Under the pieces are notes generated by a model. That model did no database searches. It worked only from the letters and a program-made list of their open reading frames with translations, and had not been told where the DNA came from. A DNA stretch of 48,617 bases from Thermodesulfobacteriota bacterium (GTDB taxonomy: Bacteria > Desulfobacterota > Desulfobulbia > Desulfobulbales > SURF-16), in contig JBFMAY010000013.1 of the NCBI GenBank assembly GCA_040755455.1, positions 39,594-88,210 on the forward strand. The letters are read 5' to 3'. The position numbers and the translations under genes are program-made. Numbering within the stretch: position 1 is the first letter of the stretch; each line of letters starts with the position of its first letter. Below are positions 10,501 to 19,444 of this stretch, piece by piece.

Positions 10501-10600
10501 TGTTCACTTCATTCATGGCCAGCCAGGCCAGCAGGATAAGGGGAATAACCTTGATGAAGATGAAGATCGTGATGAGCTTGCCGCGAATTCCTAGGCGCAT
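7562..10600 (-). CDS. membrane hybrid sensor histidine kinase (large extracytoplasmic domain, HAMP, HisKA, HATPase, REC)
   Basis: Two TM helices; FLANMSHEIRTPLN H-box; NLVNNGIKFT, DTGIG, GGTGLGL; C-terminal ILMDVQMP receiver. Start at 10600 or 10642. Confidence 0.93.
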   Translation of the reverse strand: MRLGIRGKLITIFIFIKVIPLILLAWLAMNEVNNLGISISSQSAQMAKDTREIVGQIGGLATENSIIALDVKSRESIERLTTDTAKAVAAFLYERDEDILTAAGLSPSQQNYSNFLTPRRHPAVYHAPWQLSPDGASWLPPQGQNDFLPVSAQNPDNEKDFHYRPPEAQGIKVDKPLYLEMTFIDPSGREKVKVSTTDLLPQTLGDVSRRENTWCRAETYFPELKKLKPGEIYVSEVIGPYLPSPIIGPYTKKRSEELGLAFEPEKAAYAGKENPVGKRFQGIIRWATPVAKDGQIIGYVTLALDHTHIMEFTDHIVPTEERYSPISDAGSGNYAFMWDNLGRNISHPRDYFIVGYDPATGEEAVPWLSSEIYDMWQQSGLSFGEFQKTAPVFLEQRLAKKPAAPLTKAGMLGLDGRFLNFAPQCSGWHTLTQHGGSGSFVIFWSNLWKLTTAATIPYYTGMYKNSPRGFGYVTIGANVDEFHYAATQTASQIAAVEKDFEGKLLTKNAANQKFMADALETTAKKLSLSTMFMIIVVIFIAIWMASSLTGKITDMIRGIKKFQDGNYEHRLDTRSSDEMGQLARALNNMSDVIQESIRQTGIARHKAEESDRAKSLFLANMSHEIRTPLNAIMGLTDLLLTSEVDPTQKRYLTAVKTSSDRLLSVISDILDFSKIEAGKLELIAIPFNLHETLDNVLQVLSLKAQEKNLVLQRTISSTVPGMLIGDPNRLVQIIINLVNNGIKFTNEGSVTIHVNREKVTEDGKIMLKFSVIDTGIGISTENQKLIFKAFSQVDPSHIRRFGGTGLGLSISAELASLMGGGIGVSSSPGKGSTFWFTACFALSGNGSVHDDSAEQPARLPLPPVNNKNALRDVRVLLAEDETINSMMAQEILERKGMIVTTVANGEEAVSAFIAGTFDIILMDVQMPAIDGFEATRRIRARELTTGTHIPIIALTSHALKDYRNKCLESGMDDYITKPIKLDELYLAIEKLVGAKQENGGNDPCRGSDRQRG

Positions 10601-10683
10601 TGGTTTCTCGTTGTCGGGTTCAGCAATATAACTTGCTGACAATAAAGATCATTTAAGGCATTTCCGGACTTGCTTATAGGCGG

Positions 10684-12282
10684 TCATATGACAGGTTTCT
10701 TTTTTATCCTTACCCACAATGCCGCAGGAATCAAGAAAATAAGGCAGGCAACAGGGAAAAGATAACCGATTCTGGTAAATATGGTGTTTTGCTCAAAAAG
10801 AGCGGGACTGTCGTTGATCGCGCACGCGGTGAAAAGAGGGGTTGCCTGGCTGATGCGGCCCGCCGGGTCAATGAAACAGCTGATGCCCGTATTGGCGGCG
10901 CGGGCCAGGCTGCGGCGGTTCTCCACCGCGCGCAGCACCGCCATGGCCAGATGCTGGATGGAGGCGCTTGACCTGCCGAACCAGGCGTCATTGGTGATAT
11001 TAACCAGCAGATTCGCCCCGTTCGCCGTCTCCTTGCGGGCCAGATCCGGGAAGATTGATTCAAAGCAGATGAGAACCCCAAGGCGGGCCCTGCCGGCCGT
11101 AAGCGGCCGGGCAGTTTTGCCGGCCGAGAAGTTGCCCACCGATTCCACCACCGGACCCGGCAGGGGCAGAATGTCGCTCAAGGGGATGTATTCGCCGAAC
11201 GGCACCAGATGCTGTTTGAAGTAAAGGGACTGGCTGCCGTCGGGCCGGGCCAGCAGGGCGCTGTTGTACAGTTCGAATTCCTTTTCCTTTTCCACAAAGT
11301 AGGGGGCGCCGGACAGCAGAAAATAGTGGCGGCTGAACACGGTGCGGGCCAGCAGCTCGGGAAAAAGCGAACTGGTGGGAGGGAAGAAGGGCATGGCGGT
11401 CTCCGGCCAGATCACCAGCTCGGGTGTCTGCCTGCTTGCCGCCTCGGCGCTCAGTTTGAGGTATGTTTCCATGGCCTCCCGCTGTTTTTCCGCCACCCAT
11501 TTCTGGTCCTGTTCGATATTGCCCTGGATCACCGCCACCTGGTAGCTGGCGGCTGACGGCAGCTGGCGGGTAATCTCCCTCAGCTGCAGGAAGGAATAGG
11601 CGAGGGCCGCGGCAAAGAGCAGGATGCCGGTTGCCGCCTGCAGGCGGGTGTGGAGCGGCCGCCAGGGCATATCGTGGCGCCGTGCGGCAACGAGGGTGAA
11701 CAGCAGGCAGTTGGCCATGACAATGAGAAAGGTAATGCCGTGATGGCCGGCAAGATCGGCTATCTGGATGAGCAGGGGGGTGTTGAACTGGGAATAGCCC
11801 AGATCCTGCCAGGGAAAGCCGGAGAACAGCAGAGCACGGACAAAGTCAAGCCCTACCCACAGCAGCGGGGCGCTCCATACCGGGGCTGCGGCCTGCATGC
11901 TCCAGCTGCAGGCCGCGCAGAAAAAGGCAATATAGAGACTCATGTAGGCGCAGAGCAGCAGCAGGGCAAGGCCGCACAGCCACCAGGGGAGATGGCCGTA
12001 AGTGCCCAGGGAGATGACCACCCAGTAAATCAGCAGGAGGTAATAGAGCAGGCCGCCGGCAAAGCCGAGTTGGGCGGCTTTTTTCGGGGGGACCCGGGCG
12101 CAGCCGGTCAGCAGGGGCACCAGGGCGAACCAGGCGCAGAAGGAAAGACCCGGCCCCGGGGATGCCAGCCAGAGCAGCAGGGCGCTGAGGAAAAAAAGCA
12201 GGGGAATAGGCATGGGAGTTAGTGTGCGGCCCGGAACGCGGGAATGAGCAAGGGCTGCTGCTGCGGCCCTCCGCGTCTGCAT
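10684..12282 (-). CDS. lnt: apolipoprotein N-acyltransferase
   Basis: Multi-TM N-terminus, GFPW, QGNI, WPETA, KQHLVPFGEY, ICFES, TNDAWFG, RAANTGIS. Start could be 12213. Confidence 0.95.
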   Translation of the reverse strand: MQTRRAAAAALAHSRVPGRTLTPMPIPLLFFLSALLLWLASPGPGLSFCAWFALVPLLTGCARVPPKKAAQLGFAGGLLYYLLLIYWVVISLGTYGHLPWWLCGLALLLLCAYMSLYIAFFCAACSWSMQAAAPVWSAPLLWVGLDFVRALLFSGFPWQDLGYSQFNTPLLIQIADLAGHHGITFLIVMANCLLFTLVAARRHDMPWRPLHTRLQAATGILLFAAALAYSFLQLREITRQLPSAASYQVAVIQGNIEQDQKWVAEKQREAMETYLKLSAEAASRQTPELVIWPETAMPFFPPTSSLFPELLARTVFSRHYFLLSGAPYFVEKEKEFELYNSALLARPDGSQSLYFKQHLVPFGEYIPLSDILPLPGPVVESVGNFSAGKTARPLTAGRARLGVLICFESIFPDLARKETANGANLLVNITNDAWFGRSSASIQHLAMAVLRAVENRRSLARAANTGISCFIDPAGRISQATPLFTACAINDSPALFEQNTIFTRIGYLFPVACLIFLIPAALWVRIKKKPVI

Positions 12283-12295
12283 TTTCCGGTAGCCG

Positions 12296-13147
12296 TCATT
12301 CGCTTTTCCGGCTGATCCTGATGCTCTTGACTCGCCGTTTGCTGGCGGAAAGCACAGTAAAGGTAAAGGGACCGAATTCCACTTTTTCCCCGGTTTCGGG
12401 AATCTTGCCCAGTTGGTTGATGATGAATCCGCCCGCGGATTCGTATGGGCCTTCGGGAAACTTTATATTGAAAAACAATTCGATTTTTTCAATATCGACC
12501 TTTGCCGAGGTAATGACCGTATTGTCGTCAACGACCTGCCACTCTTCCACCTGCATGTCCGTTTCGTCGGCGATTTCTCCGACGATTTCTTCCAGGATAT
12601 CCTCCAGGGTCACCAGGCCGCGGATGCTGCCGAATTCATCGGTGACGATGGCCATATGCCTTTTCTGGGTCTGGAACTCCAGAAGAAGGGAAACGAGTTT
12701 GTCGTTTTCCCTGACAAAGAAAGGGGGATTGAGCAATTCCCGCAGCGGCGGCAACTGCGTGTCGCAGGAGCAGGTGAGCAGCTGCTTGGCATGGAGAAAA
12801 CCGACGATGTTGTCCGGGCTGCCGTCGTAAATGGGAATACGGCTGAACCCCTTGCTTTTGATGAGCTGGATGATATCACAGGGGGTGGCGGCAAGCGAGG
12901 CGCTGACAATGTCGGTGGCCGGCGTCATGACCTCCCTGATCAGGGTATCGCGGAATTCAAAGATGCTGCTTATCATCTGGCCTTCATGGCTTGAGATGAG
13001 ACCATGCTCCTCCCCTTCTTCAATGAGTTCCTGGATTTCCTGCTCCAGGTCTTCAGGTGTGTCGGGTTGCGGGGAGAGCCTTGAAAATTGCAGGATGCGG
13101 CGGAGAAGGGATTGATTCGGTTCCGAAGGAGGCTGTTCTTTGTCCAT
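12296..13147 (-). CDS. corC: HlyC/CorC-family CBS-domain protein (Mg/Co efflux associated)
   Basis: REVMTP, FSRIPIY, DEFGSIRGLVTLEDILEEIVGEIADE, C-terminal CorC_HlyC domain; adjacent to lnt. Confidence 0.88.
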   Translation of the reverse strand: MDKEQPPSEPNQSLLRRILQFSRLSPQPDTPEDLEQEIQELIEEGEEHGLISSHEGQMISSIFEFRDTLIREVMTPATDIVSASLAATPCDIIQLIKSKGFSRIPIYDGSPDNIVGFLHAKQLLTCSCDTQLPPLRELLNPPFFVRENDKLVSLLLEFQTQKRHMAIVTDEFGSIRGLVTLEDILEEIVGEIADETDMQVEEWQVVDDNTVITSAKVDIEKIELFFNIKFPEGPYESAGGFIINQLGKIPETGEKVEFGPFTFTVLSASKRRVKSIRISRKSE

Positions 13148-13260
13148 TGTGGTAGTTAAGAGCTTTTTCGTATGGCGGCAAAGCTGAGGGTCAGGTGAAA
13201 AAAGTCCATTGTTATCAATGTTTGGCTACGGCATTAGTCTTTTGCGGCCAAGAAAAAAAA

Positions 13261-13289
13261 TTGACTGGCCGCTGGGAAATCGGTATAAG
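13261..13289 (+). promoter_or_regulatory. candidate sigma70 promoter of the carboxylase operon
   Basis: TTGACT-17 bp-TATAAG in the AT-rich divergent intergenic region. Confidence 0.5.
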
Positions 13290-13468
13290 CATCTTGCTTT
13301 ACAAAGGGATAAGATATAAGAAATAATATTAACCCAAAAAAATGCATTGATCAAACAATGAATTCATTTCCTTTAATGCAAGTCTTTTGCTAAAGTCAAT
13401 TTTTTTCGTATCTGGCGAAAAATATTCATGATTAATTTTAAAACGGCATTGCCGGTTCAGGTTAGGGT

Positions 13469-14875
13469 TTGAAAGAAAAAGTTTTAATAGCGAACAGGGG
13501 AGAAATTGCCATCAGGATTGCCAGGGCCTGTGAACAGCTTGGTCTTGATTTTGTCATGATCTATACCGATGCGGACAAGGACTCTGAACATGTTTATCCG
13601 TTCCTGAATAACCAGGGAGCGGAAAAGCGCGCCTGGAAGGTGGCAAGTTACACTGATCCCAATGATATCATTTCCGTTGCCGACCATACCGATTGCACCG
13701 CCATTCATCCGGGCTATGGTTTTTTCTCGGAGGATTTCCGTTTTGCCAGGCGGGTGACCATCCGTGAGCGGCCGCTTACCTTCATCGGCCCGAAATGGGA
13801 GGTGATCCGGGATCTTGGCGACAAGATCAACACCAAGCGCGTGGCCAATAAGCTCGGCATCCCGACCATTCCGGGCACTGACGGCCCGATTTACAACGAG
13901 ATGGAGGCCGAGGATATTGCCGGACAGCTTCTGGAGGAGCAGCGGGCCCAGAAAATCAAGAATCCCTCCATTCTGGTCAAGGCGGCGGCCGGCGGCGGAG
14001 GTATGGGCATTGAGGAGGTCAAGCGGATTGATGAGTTCCGCCGGACATACCGCCAGGTACAGAATTATGCCAAGCGGCAGTTCGGCGATGCGGGGGTGCT
14101 GATCGAGCAGTGTCTGCGCGACTATAATCACCTGGAGGTGCAGCTGCTCTGCAGCAGGCATGGCGAAAAAGTTCATTTCAGCACGCGCAACTGCACCATT
14201 CAGAGCACGGGCCGGCAGAAACGGCTTGAGGCGGCGCCGGGATTTGACGAGAGCTGTTTTTCCTACGAATTTAATGCCAAAGAAGTACTTGACATGATAG
14301 TGCAGTATTCGTTAAAGCTTGCGGCCCATGTGCGTTATGACAACATCGGCACCTGGGAATGGATCGTCACCCGGGGCGGCAAGCCCTATCTGCTTGAGGT
14401 CAACACGCGCATCCAGGTGGAAAATGACGTTTCCGCCCGGATCAGCTTTATCAACGATAAACAGCCGAACCTCATCCGGGAACAGATCCGGCTGGCCCTG
14501 GGAGACAAAATCGGTTATAGTCAGAAAAAAATAAATTTCAAGGGGGCCAGCATCGAATTCAGGATTGTGGCGGAGGACCCGCGCCGCGGCTTTGCCCCCT
14601 GGATCGGCACCATTTCCCGGTTTGACTTTCCCAGCTATGAATGGGCAGCTGTTTATACCCATGTTCCCTTTGATCGTTCCTATGTGATTCCCAGTGATTA
14701 TGATCCGAATCTGGCTTTGGCCATTGTATGGGGAGATTCCATTAAAGAGGCTAAAGAACGGGGTCGCCAGTTTTTAAACGAGGTGACCATTGAAGGGACC
14801 AACGGGGCGGGTGATCCTATTATGACCAATATCACCTATCTTAAAGAAAATATTGATAATCTGTTAACATTTTAA
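13469..14875 (+). CDS. biotin carboxylase (AccC-like, divergent)
   Basis: IANRGEIA, HPGYGFFSE, KAAAGGGGMG, LEVNTRIQVE ATP-grasp motifs; TTG start. Confidence 0.9.
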   Translation: MKEKVLIANRGEIAIRIARACEQLGLDFVMIYTDADKDSEHVYPFLNNQGAEKRAWKVASYTDPNDIISVADHTDCTAIHPGYGFFSEDFRFARRVTIRERPLTFIGPKWEVIRDLGDKINTKRVANKLGIPTIPGTDGPIYNEMEAEDIAGQLLEEQRAQKIKNPSILVKAAAGGGGMGIEEVKRIDEFRRTYRQVQNYAKRQFGDAGVLIEQCLRDYNHLEVQLLCSRHGEKVHFSTRNCTIQSTGRQKRLEAAPGFDESCFSYEFNAKEVLDMIVQYSLKLAAHVRYDNIGTWEWIVTRGGKPYLLEVNTRIQVENDVSARISFINDKQPNLIREQIRLALGDKIGYSQKKINFKGASIEFRIVAEDPRRGFAPWIGTISRFDFPSYEWAAVYTHVPFDRSYVIPSDYDPNLALAIVWGDSIKEAKERGRQFLNEVTIEGTNGAGDPIMTNITYLKENIDNLLTF

Positions 14876-17124
14876 TGGAAGATTTACGCAAAAGACTTCT
14901 GAAAAGCGCGGAGCGCATGTCCTACCTGAGCCAGATCAGGGACGGGATGGATTGGGGCAATCTGGCCGGGCTGCAGGAGAAATTGGATACTGTCAGGAAT
15001 TCGTTTTACGATGTTTCCGAAGAGGAACTTGACAAGCAGATCTGCACCCTGGAGGAGAGCATTTCCTTTCTTGAGCAGCGCTGCGAGGAAAATCTCACCC
15101 CCATGGAGCGGGTGCGAATCGTCCGCAGCCCGTTGCGTTTTTCCCTGCAGGACATTCTGGAAAACGTCTACGAGGACTTCAGTGAACTCGGCGGCCAGGA
15201 CGAGGCCAGTATCGACCCCTCCATGGTAGCCGCCAAGGCGACCATCGTCCGCCGGGTGAAAAAGAAAAACATCACCCAGCAGGTGATGGTCATCGGCCAG
15301 GAAAAGGGCCATGGCGAGGAATACCGCAACGGCGGTTCCTGCAAGCCCTGGGGCAATGAAAAGGCCCTGCGTTTCATGCAGGTGGCCCAGACCGAGGGCA
15401 TTCCCATCCACTCCTATATCTTTACCCCCGGTTCTTTTCCCGTTGAGGATTATCCCGGCGCGGGCCAGCAGATCGCCAGAAACATTTATGCCATGGCCAA
15501 GCTGCGGGTGCCGATTATTTCCCTTATTTCCGAAGGCGGCTCAGGCGGGGCGGAGGCCATAGGCCTCAGCGATTTCCGCATGATGTTTTCCCACGGCTAT
15601 TATTCGGTCATCTCGCCGGAAGGCGCGGGCGCCATTGAGGGAAAGATCCAGGAAGGCGAAAAGATCCCCAAGCAGCTGCTTGAGGACTGCGCCAAATGGC
15701 TGCGCATTACAGCAAACGATAATCTCAAACTCGGCACCATCGACCGGGTGGTTGACGAGCCGCTCCTTGGCGCCAAGCGGGACGATTACGCCTTTTACAA
15801 AAGGATAAAGTTCGAGATGATCCGGGCCACGGATGAGGTGGTGCTGAAGACCAAAAGCCTCAGGGCCTTCAGGGCCTATGAGCTGAAACTCAAGAAAAAC
15901 GAGGTCGTCAATCCGGAAGACCACCTGATCGAAATCTCCTGGGATCTCAATAAGGATGAGATCAAGCGGCTCCTGCAGCTGCGCTACCGGAAATACCGGG
16001 AGATGGCCCTGGGCGGGTTCGCCGGCAAGCCTTCCGCCTTTTCTTCCTTCTGCCAGCGGATGAAGGAGCGATCAAGCAAGGTCTATTATACCTTCCGCTA
16101 TGATGTCCTGCGCAGCCAGCATAAACAGGTGAAGCAGGTCATCAAGGATGTTTCCGGCGAGGGTTCGGTGCTGCTCAAGCAGGTTTCCGCCCCCATTGCC
16201 GCGGCCTATGACTTTATCGCCTCCAAGCAGGACGGCAAGCAGGCCAGGCCTTCGCTCAGCAATCAGCAGGGCATGGCCACCGAGTTCGGCGACACCTACA
16301 CCAGCCCCCTGGCCAATGAAGACCGGACCATCAGCTGTCCCAACGCCGCGAAGTATGGCTGCAAGGACCTGTGGGTGCCGGATCTGTACGGCGAGTTCTG
16401 CGGCGTTTGCGAATCATGCGGCCACCATTTTCCCCTGGAATACGAGTGGTATCTCAAGCATCTCTTTGACCGGGACACCATCAAGGAGTTCAACAGCGAA
16501 ATAGCCTCGGGCAATCCGCTGGCGGTGACGGGTTTTGAAAAACGCCTGGAAGCCGCCAAGGCGAAAACCGGCAGGAAAAGCGCCATCATTACCTTCGAGG
16601 CCAGTGTTGTCGGCGTGGATTTGGTGGTGGCCATGCTGTACAGCGATTTCAGGAACGGCACCGTCGGCGCCGCCGAGGGCGAGAAGTTCGTGCAGGCCTG
16701 CGAGCTGGCGAAACTCAAACGCCGGCCCTTGCTCGCCTATGTGCATACCACCGGCGGCATCCGCATCCAGGAAGGCACCCTGGGCGTGGTGCAGATGCCG
16801 AAATGCACCATGGCAGTGCGGGAATATGTGGATTCAGGCGGATTGTATATCGTGGTTTACGACAATAACTCCTACGCCGGACCGGTGGCGAGTTTCCTGG
16901 GGTGTTCCCACTACCAGTTCGCCATCCGTTCCAGCCGGGTTGGTTTTGCCGGGCCCAAGGTAATACGGGACACCACCGGCGAGGACATCCCCCCCGGCTA
17001 TCACAGCGCCAAGAATGCCTTGAAAAGGGGCCATATTCAGGGCATCTGGGACAGGCGGGAATTTCGCCGCAATCTGCACAAGGCCCTGCTGACCATGGGC
17101 GGCAGGAATTTATATTATAGATGA
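14875..17124 (+). CDS. fused carboxyltransferase alpha+beta (AccA-AccD-like)
   Basis: N-half has EGGSGGA and YSVISPEG (AccA-like). C-half has a Cys zinc-finger region (CPN...GC...CESCGHHF), GTVG, GGIRIQEG and GFAGPKVI (AccD-like). TAATG overlap with the upstream gene. Confidence 0.9.
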   Translation: MEDLRKRLLKSAERMSYLSQIRDGMDWGNLAGLQEKLDTVRNSFYDVSEEELDKQICTLEESISFLEQRCEENLTPMERVRIVRSPLRFSLQDILENVYEDFSELGGQDEASIDPSMVAAKATIVRRVKKKNITQQVMVIGQEKGHGEEYRNGGSCKPWGNEKALRFMQVAQTEGIPIHSYIFTPGSFPVEDYPGAGQQIARNIYAMAKLRVPIISLISEGGSGGAEAIGLSDFRMMFSHGYYSVISPEGAGAIEGKIQEGEKIPKQLLEDCAKWLRITANDNLKLGTIDRVVDEPLLGAKRDDYAFYKRIKFEMIRATDEVVLKTKSLRAFRAYELKLKKNEVVNPEDHLIEISWDLNKDEIKRLLQLRYRKYREMALGGFAGKPSAFSSFCQRMKERSSKVYYTFRYDVLRSQHKQVKQVIKDVSGEGSVLLKQVSAPIAAAYDFIASKQDGKQARPSLSNQQGMATEFGDTYTSPLANEDRTISCPNAAKYGCKDLWVPDLYGEFCGVCESCGHHFPLEYEWYLKHLFDRDTIKEFNSEIASGNPLAVTGFEKRLEAAKAKTGRKSAIITFEASVVGVDLVVAMLYSDFRNGTVGAAEGEKFVQACELAKLKRRPLLAYVHTTGGIRIQEGTLGVVQMPKCTMAVREYVDSGGLYIVVYDNNSYAGPVASFLGCSHYQFAIRSSRVGFAGPKVIRDTTGEDIPPGYHSAKNALKRGHIQGIWDRREFRRNLHKALLTMGGRNLYYR

Positions 17125-17173
17125 TTGGTCTCACTGGTCCAACTGGCCAAAAGCAAAACTAATGAGACCCGCC

Positions 17174-17221
17174 GACCAGTCAGACCAGTAAGACTAATAA
17201 GACCAGTCAGACCAAGACTAA
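17174..17221. repeat. degenerate 9-bp tandem repeat (GACCAGTCA-like)
   Basis: gaccagtca gaccagtaa gactaataa gaccagtca gaccaa gactaa, between the carboxyltransferase and carrier genes. Confidence 0.7.
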
Positions 17222-17225
17222 CAAA

Positions 17226-17876
17226 ATGCACGACAACGATATAGATTACGAACGCATCCTCCGCTCATACCGCTCAGACCCGTATGGCTATGTGGATATC
17301 TTCACATCCCATACCGGCCAGATCCGCTTGCATGTGCGGCTAGACGACAAGGTGGAGGGCACCACCGGCAAGTGGCATCACATTCCCGGCACCCAGCTCT
17401 TCACCCTTCGCCGTGAAAGGAACAACAAGCCGATCTATTCCACCTCAAACGGCGTCGTCTCCTTTATCCGTGACGACCTGGAAGGCCGGTTTGTCGAGGC
17501 CGGCGAAAAAATCATCACCATCAAGCATCCCTTGAAGAAGCGGGAAATCATTGAGCAGATCCTGCGCCAGGTTCTGCTGCCGTTTCAGGCGCCGGAACGG
17601 GCCAAGTATTTCTTTTCCATGGATATCCAGTCCCGTATTGAAAAGTTCGGGCAGCGGTCGGTGTCCATCAAGCCTGGGGATGAGCTGTTCACCATGTCGC
17701 TCATGAAACGGGATACCCCGGTTTATTACCAGGGGGCGCCCGGCATTATCCATTCCGTCTATTTTCAGCCGGGCATCTCCGTTGATCAGGGAGCGCCGCT
17801 GATCGGCATCTGTCCGCCCGACAAGCTGCCCCTTATTGAAAAAATCATTACCCGCGTTAAAGCTGAATGGGAATAA
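17226..17876 (+). CDS. putative biotin carboxyl carrier protein with two biotinyl/lipoyl-like modules
   Basis: Two barrel-sandwich-like repeats (...GVVSFI...FVEAGEKIITI; ...GIIHSVYFQPGISVDQGAPLIGI). Second has LMKR at the AMKM position. Operon context fits. Confidence 0.7.
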   Translation: MHDNDIDYERILRSYRSDPYGYVDIFTSHTGQIRLHVRLDDKVEGTTGKWHHIPGTQLFTLRRERNNKPIYSTSNGVVSFIRDDLEGRFVEAGEKIITIKHPLKKREIIEQILRQVLLPFQAPERAKYFFSMDIQSRIEKFGQRSVSIKPGDELFTMSLMKRDTPVYYQGAPGIIHSVYFQPGISVDQGAPLIGICPPDKLPLIEKIITRVKAEWE

Positions 17877-18796
17877 TTTCGTACCCGCATCCCTCTGCCG
17901 TACAGAACTATATAGCCAGCCTGGAGATCGATCGCCGAAGCCGTCTGTTGCCCCAAAACCGGGTGAAGACGGTTTTTCGTTATGGAGCCATTGCCGGCTC
18001 CAAAATTCACACCTATGCCAGCCTGGAGCGGGGCATGGATCAGGCCCGCCAGCTCATTAATGATTATGAGCACCAGGGTCGCTCCTTTCCCAGCGGCCTG
18101 GTGATCCTGGCCGAAGAACTGACCGGCGGCAAGGGCCGGTTCCGGCGCTATTGGCATGCCCCGGCTGGCGGGATCTGGCTGACCATGGTCTTTGTCAATA
18201 ACCTGCTGCCGGAAATAAGCCGCCTGCTGCCGCTGGCCGCGGGTGTTGCCTGCTGCGAAACGGTGCGGGAGTTCGGGGGGCCGGCCCAGGTCAAATGGGT
18301 CAACGATGTGCATGTCCAGGGCCGCAAGGTGGCCGGCATTCTCATGGAAACCCTGTTTGGCAGCCGGTCCGGCGAGGAGTATATCCTCATCGGCGCGGGC
18401 CTCAATGTCAATAATGGTGATTTCCCGCCGGAGCTTGACCGGCTGGCCGTGTCCATGGCCGACCTCTGCGGTCAGAGTCTTGATCTGGGGCTGGTGGCCA
18501 CGGATCTGCTGGCCAAGTTCTGCTGGAACATCGGCCTGCTCTATCTGCAGGAAGAGCTGCAGCTGGCTGAGCCGGACCATGCGCTGCGGCAGCAGGAGCA
18601 TTTTCTGGTCAACCGGTGGCGCGCGCTGAGCGATTCATCCGGCCGCCGGGTGCTGTTCGGCTATGACGTTCAGCAGAGTCCCCAGTATGAGGCCGAAGTG
18701 CTCGGCCTGGAAGAAGACGGGGGGCTCAGGCTCAGGAACCTGGAGGATGGGGTGGTTATCACCGAGTACGGGGGGGAGATCGTCTATCTGGATTGA
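17867..18796 (+). CDS. birA: biotin-protein ligase (BirA-like, no evident HTH)
   Basis: GGKGRFRRYW (GRGRxGRxW equivalent), KWVNDV, KVAGILME, IGAGLNVN; C-terminal SH3-like domain. Confidence 0.8.
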   Translation: MGIISYPHPSAVQNYIASLEIDRRSRLLPQNRVKTVFRYGAIAGSKIHTYASLERGMDQARQLINDYEHQGRSFPSGLVILAEELTGGKGRFRRYWHAPAGGIWLTMVFVNNLLPEISRLLPLAAGVACCETVREFGGPAQVKWVNDVHVQGRKVAGILMETLFGSRSGEEYILIGAGLNVNNGDFPPELDRLAVSMADLCGQSLDLGLVATDLLAKFCWNIGLLYLQEELQLAEPDHALRQQEHFLVNRWRALSDSSGRRVLFGYDVQQSPQYEAEVLGLEEDGGLRLRNLEDGVVITEYGGEIVYLD

Positions 18797-18883
18797 TTTG
18801 GGGTTGGGCAGGCTTGATCAGATAGTTTGTTGCGTAACAGTAGAGAGATAATGTCTGTAAATGGGTGAGATATGATGAGCACG

Positions 18884-18912
18884 GTAGGTTGGGGTGAGAA
18901 ACGAACCCCAAC
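18884..18912 (+). repeat. GTAG-type REP element
   Basis: GTAG followed by palindrome GTTGGGGT-gagaaacga-ACCCCAAC. Confidence 0.75.
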
Positions 18913-18986
18913 AACATCATCCTCTCTCGCCATAGCCGTTTTCATCGTTACCGCAGATTCCGCCGCCCCAGTCGTGGTCCATCATC

Positions 18987-19323
18987 AAATTTGTTGCCGA
19001 TGGTTTGGTTAACCAGGGGCAGCCATGGCAGGAACTGATTGGCCAGGTTTTCCTTGGAAGCGAAAATTTTGTGGCGCAGATGGCGGAATTTTTCGGAGAC
19101 AGGCGGGAGATTGGCGAAATTCCCCGTGTGCAGCGTTATCCTGGGCGTCCACCGTATTTGCGGGTATGGCGGCAGGCAACAGCGCAATCACAGGATTACA
19201 GAGGCCCACATCAAGCACGGCTATACCTTGAAGGAGATCGCGGATCATCTGGGGATTCATTATACGACAGTCCGCAAGGTCGTGGCTGGAAAAAGGGGAA
19301 AATGATTTTTCAAGACCTGACCC
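18987..19323 (+). pseudogene. 3' remnant of a REP-associated tyrosine transposase (RAYT/Y1 type with C-terminal HTH), frameshifted
   Basis: KFVADG...PWQELIGQVFLGSENFV...EIPRVQR in one frame and HGYTLKEIADHLGIHYTTVRKVV in another, then CAAGACCTGACCC. The HUH catalytic N-terminus is absent. Confidence 0.7.
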
Positions 19324-19343
19324 TTAATCTCTGTGATTTTTTG

Positions 19344-19372
19344 TTGACAGTGTTGCAATAAATTTATATAGT
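19344..19372 (+). promoter_or_regulatory. sigma70 promoter
   Basis: TTGACA-17 bp-TATAGT upstream of the 19445 ORF. Confidence 0.65.
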
Positions 19373-19444
19373 TATAACCTAATTTAGGGAATGCATCATT
19401 GTAATGATGGTGAAATGGGAAATCATATTTTTATGGAGGAATCT

